Shown piece after piece: positions 57,070-64,000 of a stretch of 64,000 bases of DNA. The stretch lies in IMG/VR virus record IMGVR_UViG_3300038393_002953. One strand, 5' to 3'. The first letter of the stretch is position 1. Each line of letters starts with the position of its first letter. The translations under genes and the position numbers were made by a program. Below the pieces are notes generated by a model. It made no database searches. It was not told the origin of the DNA and saw only the letters and a program-made list of their open reading frames with translations. The DNA comes from an uncultured virus (IMG/VR IMGVR_UViG_3300038393_002953). Lineage: Duplodnaviria; Heunggongvirae; Uroviricota; Caudoviricetes.

Positions 57070-58423
57070 GTTGATGATCGACGAGATTGAGAGCATCGAA
57101 TATATAGGGGAGGATGAGACCTACTCCTTAGAGATGGCCGACCCCTATCACAATTACCGACTTGGAAATTCTCTTATTAGTTTGAATTCCCATTCCGTGG
57201 CTTACGCCTTCATCGCGTACCAGACTGCCTGGCTCAAGGCGAACTACCCGCGCCAGTACATGGCCGCGCTCCTGTCGTCGGTGGTCGGCAACCACGAGAA
57301 GATCCAGGTCTACATCGACAACTGCCGCCGCATGAACATCCCGATCCTGCCGCCCGACGTGAACCACTCGGAGGAGGACTTCTCGGTGGACGCCTCCGGC
57401 GCGATCCGCTTCGGCCTGGGCGCGGTCAAGAACGTCGGCGCCGACGTGATCCGCCAGCTGATCGCGCACCGCAAGCGCGTGGGAGGCTTCCGCGACCTGA
57501 ATCACTTCTACGCCGAGGTCGGTCTTTCGCTCTGCAACGCGCGCGTGATGGAGAGCCTGATCCGCGCGGGTTGCTTCGACTCCATGGGGGTCCACCGCAA
57601 CGGGCTGCTCCAGCAGTTCCCGCTGATCCGCGAGGCCTACTCGAAGGCCATGAAGAAGGGCAAGAAGCAGATCCCGGGCCAGACCATGCTGTTCCAGCTC
57701 GCGACCCGCTTCGTGGCAGATCCAGTGGCCGTGCCCGAGTGCGAGGCGTTCACGCGTCTCCAGTGCCTGGCGGACGAGCGCGAGAAGATCGGCACCTACG
57801 TCTCCGGCCACCCGCTCGACGACTACGCGCTGGGCCTGCCCTACCTGACCACGATCGACGTCTCGCCCAAGCAGCCCGATGCGGTCGAGGAGGATGCCGA
57901 GGAAGGCACGGAGGCGCCGGTCGCGCCCTGGCCCGCCGAGAACGAGCTGATCGCCATGGCTGGCATCCTGACCCGCACGCGCAAGATCACCACCCGCACC
58001 ACGGGCGCGGCCATGATGCTCGGCGAGATCCAGAACAAGTACGGCTCGATCAAGGTCGTCTTCTTCCCCAAGACCTTCGAGGCCTACGGCGACTGCCTGG
58101 GCGAGGACGTCTTCGTCTCGGTGATCGGCAAGTTCAAGATGGACGGCGACACGCCCGAGATCATGGCCGACAAGGTGGTCCCGCTCGACCAGGCGCGCGT
58201 GATGGTGGTCAGGCTGCCTGCCGACATGGACGGCACGGGCGTGCTGCCCATCAAGGCTGCGCTCGGCGGCGGCGACACCCCGGTGGTGTTCGTCAACCAG
58301 CACCGCCCCGGCGAACACGTCGTCGCGCACCCCTCGCTCTGGGTCAAGCCTTCCGAGGAGCTGGAGGCGCGCATCTACCGCTTGTGCCGTGGCGTCACCC
58401 TGGAGGTGCGCCGCCTCTTCTAA
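57062..58423 (+). CDS. dnaE: Split intein C-half (42 aa) fused to DNA polymerase III alpha C-terminal part
   Basis: AAGGAG RBS; IESIEYIGEDETYSLEM...SLN|SHSVAY; PPDVN, IRFGLGAVKNVG, YVSGHPL, OB fold. Confidence 0.95.
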   Translation: MPELMIDEIESIEYIGEDETYSLEMADPYHNYRLGNSLISLNSHSVAYAFIAYQTAWLKANYPRQYMAALLSSVVGNHEKIQVYIDNCRRMNIPILPPDVNHSEEDFSVDASGAIRFGLGAVKNVGADVIRQLIAHRKRVGGFRDLNHFYAEVGLSLCNARVMESLIRAGCFDSMGVHRNGLLQQFPLIREAYSKAMKKGKKQIPGQTMLFQLATRFVADPVAVPECEAFTRLQCLADEREKIGTYVSGHPLDDYALGLPYLTTIDVSPKQPDAVEEDAEEGTEAPVAPWPAENELIAMAGILTRTRKITTRTTGAAMMLGEIQNKYGSIKVVFFPKTFEAYGDCLGEDVFVSVIGKFKMDGDTPEIMADKVVPLDQARVMVVRLPADMDGTGVLPIKAALGGGDTPVVFVNQHRPGEHVVAHPSLWVKPSEELEARIYRLCRGVTLEVRRLF

Positions 58424-58433
58424 GGAGCCGGTC

Positions 58434-58988
58434 GTGTCCGTCTTCAAGTTCGACAGGGACGTCAACTTCGAGGGGATGGTGTCCATCGAGGACGCCATCT
58501 CCGCCTTGTATGCGGGCCGGGCCGTCAGCATGATCGACCTGCCGATCGCGTGGCGATCGCCCAGCACCGCCATCCCGGTCCCGCTGGTGATCAAGGCGGT
58601 CCGACCGCGCAAGGGGCGCTTCCCGGAGGCGGTTCCGCTGACGCGCGAAAACATAATGAAACGCGACGAGACCTGCCAGTATTGCGGCGTGGGCGGCAGG
58701 CTGACGATCGATCATGTCGTGCCCCAGGCTCACTTCAAGAGCGGCAAGGCCGCCTTGCGCCACCCGGGCCTCAAGGTCTGGTGCTGGGAGAACGTGGTCG
58801 CGGCCTGCGCGCGCTGCAATAACCGCAAGGCCAATCGGACGCCCGAGGAAGCGGGGATGAGGCTGCTACGCAGACCGTTCGTGCCGCGCCCCGCCGACAT
58901 CCTGAAGAGTCAGACGGTCTGGGATCGCATCGCGGAGTGCATGCGCGAACACGGCATGGGGGATTCTTCGTCCATGGGGTTGACGTAG
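58434..58988 (+). CDS. HNH endonuclease (McrA-like)
   Basis: RDETCQYCG...LTIDHVVP...WENVVAACARCNNRK. Confidence 0.92.
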   Translation: MSVFKFDRDVNFEGMVSIEDAISALYAGRAVSMIDLPIAWRSPSTAIPVPLVIKAVRPRKGRFPEAVPLTRENIMKRDETCQYCGVGGRLTIDHVVPQAHFKSGKAALRHPGLKVWCWENVVAACARCNNRKANRTPEEAGMRLLRRPFVPRPADILKSQTVWDRIAECMREHGMGDSSSMGLT

Positions 58989-59008
58989 CGTTTTATGTAG
59001 TTTACAAT
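58980..59008 (+). promoter_or_regulatory. Strong sigma70-type promoter firing into a non-coding region
   Basis: TTGACG-17-TACAAT. Confidence 0.8.
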
Positions 59009-59014
59009 TCAATA

Positions 59015-59410
59015 CATTCCGGGCGGGTCCAGCGCCCCGTCCAGCCGCGCGGCGCTCCACTCCACTAGGCACCGTCTCGCGGCTCTCAGGAAGTCACCGG
59101 GTGAAGGTCATCCACAAACGGAAGAGGCTCCAGGCCTGGCAGGGCCCGAAGCCTCAGAAGATCTCACGGCGAACACGTTGCGGGCCGTTCCTTTGGAACG
59201 AGGCGACGACCCAAGTGAGATCCCTCTCAAGAGTCCGGACCGCTAGCGACACGGTTCGGACTCTTCCGTTTGTACCCCCGGAGCGGCGGTCGAAACCGGC
59301 CAGTCATCAGGCACATAGATATACTAAGCTTGTTAGGGTTAAATGTCCATACCCTCATGAGCAAATTTACCTTTGTTCATAATTTTGGCAACCGACCGTA
59401 AGATCGGCAC
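59015..59410 (+). ncRNA. Candidate structured non-coding RNA, class unknown
   Basis: Own promoter; nested long-range helices; no credible ORF; 3' end uncertain. Confidence 0.6.
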
Positions 59411-59416
59411 GGCGCG

Positions 59417-59445
59417 TTGGTGTAAAACGCCAGAGATGCTACAAT
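59417..59445 (+). promoter_or_regulatory. Extended -10 promoter, leaderless
   Basis: TTGGTG-17-TACAAT with TG; ATG follows after 6 nt. Confidence 0.55.
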
Positions 59446-59451
59446 GGCTCT

Positions 59452-60015
59452 ATGCAGTACCAGGTGGAGCGATTCGAACACGTTATGGTTGTCCCCTCAG
59501 GCGCGTGGGTCGGCACTCCGACCACGTTGTTCCGCCTGGGCGACGGCCCGGGCGCCGAGGCATTGAGCCGCGAGGAGATGGTCGGGCTGTGCGCGATGTC
59601 GTCGGCGGAGGTCGTCACGATCGCCGGGAAGGCGCCGCTACGGATGCCCGGCGTCTCCTCGCTGATCATGACGCTCTCCAGGACGCACCGCGTGCTGGTC
59701 CGGGCGACATGCCCCAGTCAGCCCTGGATGGCTGGTCGCATCCCATTCCGCCGCGCCCAGATCGTCGAGGAGGTATCCGTCCCAGACCCCTGGCTCCAGG
59801 CCGACGAGGTGATCTTCGTCCTGTCCGAGCGGAACCCGCTCCCGGGTCTCGCTGCCTGGTCGTCGGTTTGCCCGGAGGTCTATCTCCAGCCCGCCACGTC
59901 GGCGGAGGTCGAGGAGGCTATGCGCTTCGTCGCCACCCATCCCGGCTACCGCCTGTCCCCGCCGTTGGAGGCCATGCGGCTTCCGGACGGCAGCAATCAT
60001 AACGTTTGGAGTTGA
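59452..60015 (+). CDS. QueE-like protein lacking the radical-SAM Cys motif
   Basis: GAWVGTPTTLFRLG, VVTIAGKAP, VYLQP, HPGYRLS follow the QueE layout. Confidence 0.6.
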   Translation: MQYQVERFEHVMVVPSGAWVGTPTTLFRLGDGPGAEALSREEMVGLCAMSSAEVVTIAGKAPLRMPGVSSLIMTLSRTHRVLVRATCPSQPWMAGRIPFRRAQIVEEVSVPDPWLQADEVIFVLSERNPLPGLAAWSSVCPEVYLQPATSAEVEEAMRFVATHPGYRLSPPLEAMRLPDGSNHNVWS

Positions 60016-60017
60016 AG

Positions 60018-60368
60018 ATGGAACGCGTGGTACAGGAGGCCGTCCAGGCCCTCGCGCTCGCGCTGGACGACGAGATGGCGCGCGGCGAGTTCGTCTCGGC
60101 CAAGCGCGTCGAGCAGGACATCGTGATCGCGCTGCTCCACCCGAACCCCTACATGAAGGGGAAGCACCTCGCCACGGTCTGGCGGGTGACCGAGGGCGGT
60201 CGCCTCCGGCACTGCGTCCGCATCAACCCGGACGGCGATTTGCCGACCCAGGGCGTCGGCGCGCGCGACGCCTTCCTGGCCTACCTCTCGGAGAACGACT
60301 TCGCCCAGACCACGCCGCAGGACAGCTTCTGGCCCACCTGGACCCGCGAGCGCCACCTTCTCGCCTAG
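60018..60368 (+). CDS. Hypothetical protein
   Basis: ORF in operon, GGAG RBS. Confidence 0.65.
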   Translation: MERVVQEAVQALALALDDEMARGEFVSAKRVEQDIVIALLHPNPYMKGKHLATVWRVTEGGRLRHCVRINPDGDLPTQGVGARDAFLAYLSENDFAQTTPQDSFWPTWTRERHLLA

Positions 60369-60380
60369 GAGACCCGCCCC

Positions 60381-61151
60381 ATGCACTCGTTCGAAAGCCC
60401 CGAGATCGAATACCACCGCCGCAAGCTGATCCGTCGCGAGGACCTCTCGATCCTGCGCAAGGAAGTGCTGCCGCCCTTCTTCAACGGCGTGCAGGCCCAG
60501 GGCCACCCCCCGGCCATGGTCGTGGTGGACTTCGCGCTGACCAAGCCCCACGAGCCCGTGATCCTCTGCTGGTACAACGGCGTGGTCGAGGAGTGGGACA
60601 TGACGCGCACCTTCGGCCTGCGCTACCAGGACGTCGAGTTCGACATGCGCCGCTACGCCCGCGCGATCCGCTGGGTCGGCGAGCGCCTCGACCACCTGGA
60701 CCTCGCGTCGTTCGGGGCGAAGCCGGTGATCCGTGAGGACAGGCTCGCCTGGAACCACGAGGCCTTCGAGCCTGTTAAGAATATTAAATACGTCGCGCAT
60801 GTCGCCAAGGCGATGGGTATTGAACGTATCGGGGTGCTGTGCGAGCCCGGCATCGCCTACAACTTCCCGCCGAACGTGGACGGGATCAAGCTCTCCGGGC
60901 TCTTCGGCTATCGCGGCGCGATCGATCGCGACGATGCCTTCCACGCCCTCGCCCACAGCTTGTTCCGGCGCCAGATTCGGCTCCTGCCAGAGTCGGAGTT
61001 GTTCAAGAAGGTGCAGGACGTCAAGAGCCTCAAGGTCCCCGGAGCGGACTACCTCTTGGCCGACGAAGCGCACCCGCTGGTGGAGACCCTCGCGGGCTTC
61101 ATCATGAACCTCGCCCTGGACGACTTCAACCAGCTCCAGTTGATGGAGTAG
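60381..61151 (+). CDS. Hypothetical protein
   Basis: 256-aa ORF, AGGAG RBS. Confidence 0.7.
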   Translation: MHSFESPEIEYHRRKLIRREDLSILRKEVLPPFFNGVQAQGHPPAMVVVDFALTKPHEPVILCWYNGVVEEWDMTRTFGLRYQDVEFDMRRYARAIRWVGERLDHLDLASFGAKPVIREDRLAWNHEAFEPVKNIKYVAHVAKAMGIERIGVLCEPGIAYNFPPNVDGIKLSGLFGYRGAIDRDDAFHALAHSLFRRQIRLLPESELFKKVQDVKSLKVPGADYLLADEAHPLVETLAGFIMNLALDDFNQLQLME

Positions 61152-61164
61152 AAAGCAAGGTCCC

Positions 61165-61386
61165 ATGTCGCTCACCGCCTCCACCTCGCCCTCCGCCGTC
61201 TCCGCCGAGCTGCGCGCGCTGGCCGCGCTCGCGGACAATCTCCAGACCCGCGCCGACGTCGAGAGGCTCGCGCTCTCGCTCCAGAGCCTGGTGGCCGACG
61301 TGAAGGGCCAGGTCGAGGCCGCGCCGAGCTGGGCGCTGGAGAGCCCGGAGTACCGCGCCCGCTTCGAGTCTCTGATGCGGCTCTAG
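61165..61386 (+). CDS. Hypothetical protein
   Basis: 73-aa ORF in operon. Confidence 0.6.
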   Translation: MSLTASTSPSAVSAELRALAALADNLQTRADVERLALSLQSLVADVKGQVEAAPSWALESPEYRARFESLMRL

Positions 61387-61389
61387 CCG

Positions 61390-61418
61390 TTGACATTCTG
61401 CTTGCCTCATGCCATAAT
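61390..61418 (+). promoter_or_regulatory. Sigma70-type promoter, leaderless
   Basis: TTGACA-17-CATAAT; ATG follows after 6 nt. Confidence 0.75.
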
Positions 61419-61424
61419 TCGGTT

Positions 61425-62165
61425 ATGAGGCAAGCAGATCCCAACCTTCGCTATTACGACTACTCGGCCTTGCAAGCATGCGAGGCCGGGTATTGGTTCG
61501 AACACGCCATCGCCGGGGTCTCCATGCCCAGCCGCGACGGCCACGACCGCCAGGCGCTCGTTCAGACCTTCGTGCCCCGCCAGGAGCTGTTCCTGGTGCG
61601 CGAGCCGAACAACGAGTTCGACCGCAACGCGATCAAGATCGTGGACCAGTACGGTCGCAGCCCGGGCTACGTCTCGGCCAAGCCTGCCGACTGGTGGGGC
61701 ATCCCGGGCGGGCTCGCGGGCTTCCTGGCCGAACGCATGGACAAGGGGGAGGTCTGGCGCGCTTTCGTGGTCGGCGTCTTCGGCGGCAAGCCCATGTACG
61801 GCAAGCCCACCTGGGGCTGCCGCGTCTGCTTCGTCATGCTGAAGGGAGCGCCCTTCTCGCTGACCTCGCGCTTGCCGCTGGGCGAGCAGACCTGGCGCGA
61901 CGACGGCCTGCCGTTCCCCGACGATGCCGCCGCGATGCTCGCGACGATCATGCCGCAGGCGGGCGCGCTGCCCGAGTCCTGGCAGGCCTACCTGGCGCAG
62001 GTGTCCTTTGCGGTGAACCGCTTCGGCGGCGCGCCCCTGGTCGTGCGCAACGCGCTGCGCGGCCTGCTGGGCCTCCCGGCGCTGTCCGAGATCGTGGTGC
62101 CCGCCCAGCGCGACCACGAGCCCCAGCCGGTCGCGGCCAACGACGACTGGGACACCTATGCCTAG
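61425..62165 (+). CDS. HIRAN-domain protein
   Basis: IAGV...LFLVREPNNEFDRNAIKIV...GYV. Confidence 0.8.
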   Translation: MRQADPNLRYYDYSALQACEAGYWFEHAIAGVSMPSRDGHDRQALVQTFVPRQELFLVREPNNEFDRNAIKIVDQYGRSPGYVSAKPADWWGIPGGLAGFLAERMDKGEVWRAFVVGVFGGKPMYGKPTWGCRVCFVMLKGAPFSLTSRLPLGEQTWRDDGLPFPDDAAAMLATIMPQAGALPESWQAYLAQVSFAVNRFGGAPLVVRNALRGLLGLPALSEIVVPAQRDHEPQPVAANDDWDTYA

Positions 62166-62538
62166 CGAGCTGATCTTCTCGTCGTTCGCCCAGGCCAAGA
62201 AGCGCAAGGGCCAGCCGCTCTACTCGATCGCGCTGTTCTCGCCCCAGGGCGTCTCGGGCATGCGCGAGCTGCCGGTCTTCTACCCGACGGAGTACATGCT
62301 CGCCCAGAGCAAGGCCGGTGCCATGCCCTGGGCGGAGTATGTCGAGCGCTTCTACGGCCTGCTGCTGGAGCGCCACGAGCGCGTCGTCGCCCAGCTGGAG
62401 CGCCTGCCCGAGCGCGCCGTGCTGTGCTGCTGGTGTTCGCTCAAGCCGACCGCCGCAGACCCGGCGCCGCATTGCCACCGCCAGCTCGTGGCGGCCTACC
62501 TGGAGCGCAACTTCGCGATCCGGGCCCTCGTGGAGTGA
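62158..62538 (+). CDS. DUF488-like protein
   Basis: WAEYVERFY, VLCCWC, CHRQLVAAYL. Confidence 0.65.
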   Translation: MPSELIFSSFAQAKKRKGQPLYSIALFSPQGVSGMRELPVFYPTEYMLAQSKAGAMPWAEYVERFYGLLLERHERVVAQLERLPERAVLCCWCSLKPTAADPAPHCHRQLVAAYLERNFAIRALVE

Positions 62539-62540
62539 GC

Positions 62541-62834
62541 ATGAAGGACGACCTCAAACCCGTTCGCAAGATCATCCCGCCGCCGCTACTGGGTCCGCGC
62601 GCCGAGCCCCGCGCCCACGATCACCCCTGCAAGCATTGCCCGTCCGCGCACCACCCTGACGATCCCGAGTCGGCGGAAATCAAGACCTGGCCCCACGAGG
62701 AGCGCCTGAAGACGGCCTTCCCCTGCGGCTGGAACGGGCGGCGCTACTGCAAGGGCTACTGCGACCAAATGGGCCTCTCGGACGCCGACCTGGTGCGGCT
62801 CCAGGCCATGCAAGACAGAGGAGAAGTCGGATGA
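62541..62834 (+). CDS. Small Cys-rich protein
   Basis: PCKHCP, FPCGW, YCKGYC. Confidence 0.65.
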   Translation: MKDDLKPVRKIIPPPLLGPRAEPRAHDHPCKHCPSAHHPDDPESAEIKTWPHEERLKTAFPCGWNGRRYCKGYCDQMGLSDADLVRLQAMQDRGEVG

Positions 62835-63151
62835 GCGATACCAAACCCGTCGAGACCCAACGCGGCTGGACCTTCCAGGCCAACAAGAAGGGCGTGATCC
62901 CTGTCGAGGTCAAGCTGGACCAGTGGAATAAGCGCTATTTCAACGGTAAGCGCCTCGACGCGAAGGGCGAGGTCCAGCCGGGGCACATCTACGTGGCGGT
63001 CGAGCAGTTCTTCCTCGACCCTGAGGAGGCCCGCCAGAAGCTCGTGGAGTACCATGAGGAGACGCTCAAGAAGCACCTGGAGAACGCCGAGAAGACCCGC
63101 GCGAGTCTCGCCAGGGTCCGCGCGCAGAAGCTGAGCAAGGAGGCGCCATGA
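62831..63151 (+). CDS. Hypothetical protein
   Basis: ATGA overlap, GAGGAG RBS. Confidence 0.7.
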   Translation: MSDTKPVETQRGWTFQANKKGVIPVEVKLDQWNKRYFNGKRLDAKGEVQPGHIYVAVEQFFLDPEEARQKLVEYHEETLKKHLENAEKTRASLARVRAQKLSKEAP

Positions 63152-63564
63152 ACCAGAGCGAGATCGACCCCGAGATCCAGGCTTGCCGCGACGCGATCGA
63201 GGGGGCCCTCAACGACGAGTCCCAGGGCATGGGCGAGGTCGCCGACGCGCTATTCCGCTACGTCTCGGTGCTGGAGCGGCGCATGCGCCTGCCCCAGTTC
63301 CGCCCGCATGATCCCGAGGACGGCGCGCCCAGGCCGACGGGCTGGTATATCTCCGGCGATCCCGTCGAGGGTTCCGACGGCTTCTCGCTGGTCGGGCTGA
63401 TCGAGGGCCCCTCGCATCTCAACCACAACCGCCCTTTCGTGGTCTACAGCGGCGAACGGCGCGAGCTGCTGGGCTTCGCCAGCGAGGGCGTCCTGGATCA
63501 CGAGATCCTCAAGGTCGTCCGGGAGCAGAACCGAGAGGCCACCCGCATCATGTGGGTGGCCTAG
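63148..63564 (+). CDS. Hypothetical protein
   Basis: ATGA overlap, AAGGAGG RBS. Confidence 0.7.
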   Translation: MNQSEIDPEIQACRDAIEGALNDESQGMGEVADALFRYVSVLERRMRLPQFRPHDPEDGAPRPTGWYISGDPVEGSDGFSLVGLIEGPSHLNHNRPFVVYSGERRELLGFASEGVLDHEILKVVREQNREATRIMWVA

Positions 63565-63595
63565 TCCTTTTGCGGCGCGCGCCGTTGTATAATGT

Positions 63596-63952
63596 TTGAA
63601 GAAACTCCCGAAACGAGGCCCTGACAGGATGGGATACCCGAAACCAGAGCCGAGGGCGTGGTGCCACTTCCAGGGCGAATGGTGGTGGTGTCACGACCTC
63701 TTCCCCTACCAGGGGCAGCAGTACGCGATGCTCATGCGCGAGACCCCGATCGAGCGCGTCACCTTCGGCCAAGTCGAGGGCAGTCGGTTGATCCTGCCAC
63801 CGCCGGGCCTCTACCAGCGCGTGGTCCAGGCCTTCGAGAGCCGGTTGACGCTGCAACTCATGGAGCAAGGAGAGTCGGCCCTCCCGCGCGTCGGGGAGTT
63901 CGAGGAGGACCGCCGCATGATCGAGCTATTCGAAAGGGAAAGCGAGCTATGA
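63596..63952 (+). CDS. Hypothetical protein (start TTG 63596 or ATG 63629)
   Basis: ORF downstream of a TATAAT box. Confidence 0.6.
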   Translation: MKKLPKRGPDRMGYPKPEPRAWCHFQGEWWWCHDLFPYQGQQYAMLMRETPIERVTFGQVEGSRLILPPPGLYQRVVQAFESRLTLQLMEQGESALPRVGEFEEDRRMIELFERESEL

Positions 63953-64000
63953 ACAACTACGGCAACCAGGCGCTCACCGCGCTCGGCCAGAACACCTGGC
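63949..64000 (+). CDS. Start of a CDS truncated by the window edge
   Basis: ATGA overlap; MNNYGNQALTALGQNTW... Confidence 0.5.
   Translation, partial: MNNYGNQALTALGQNTW

Noticed and set aside
55915..57070. dnaE as a pseudogene or programmed-frameshift gene
   Set aside because: Breaks fall precisely at intein domain boundaries, the C-half has a strong RBS and the polymerase motifs are intact
59334..59370. preQ1-I riboswitch-like pseudoknot upstream of the QueE-like gene
   Set aside because: AGGGT/ACCCT stem with possible TAAAT/ATTTA pairing, but it lacks the A-rich tail and the gene seems to have its own downstream leaderless promoter
59015..59410. tmRNA, RNase P, SRP or group I intron identity; 93-aa ORF 59101-59382
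   Set aside because: Diagnostic conserved sequences not found; the ORF lacks an RBS and phage codon bias
1..64000. Stop-codon reassignment, tRNA genes, reverse transcriptase/DGR or retron
   Set aside because: Genes are full length in the standard code and end in all three stops; no cloverleaf or RT motif was noticed by eye

Overview
A high-GC, densely coding segment of a large (jumbo-type) tailed bacteriophage genome, read in the standard bacterial code. Left to right: the end of a virion structural block and a holin/amidase lysis cassette (+, 1-8.1 kb). Then a leftward block of nucleotide-metabolism and recombination genes (dUTPase, metallophosphoesterase, two candidate junction resolvases, dNMP kinase, DNA methylase, PhoH, class Ia RNR with an antisense GIY-YIG-type homing endonuclease), a fibre-like virion module, GroES, primase and a DnaB-like helicase (-, 8.2-33.4 kb). 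After a structured divergence region comes a rightward replication/repair block: an Apyc1-like MBL-fold hydrolase, RecJ, intein-bearing UvrD, SSB-like and Rad52/Sak-like proteins with long Pro/Gln tails, intein-bearing RecA, an SNF2-like helicase and TrxB. It continues with a DNA polymerase III alpha gene fractured into two ORFs by a split intein with a free-standing LAGLIDADG gene between them, an HNH nuclease followed by a promoter-driven structured non-coding RNA candidate, a cluster-less QueE paralogue and small accessory genes. Several recurrent cis-regulatory motifs are visible. All protein calls are by motif recognition; no database searches were run.
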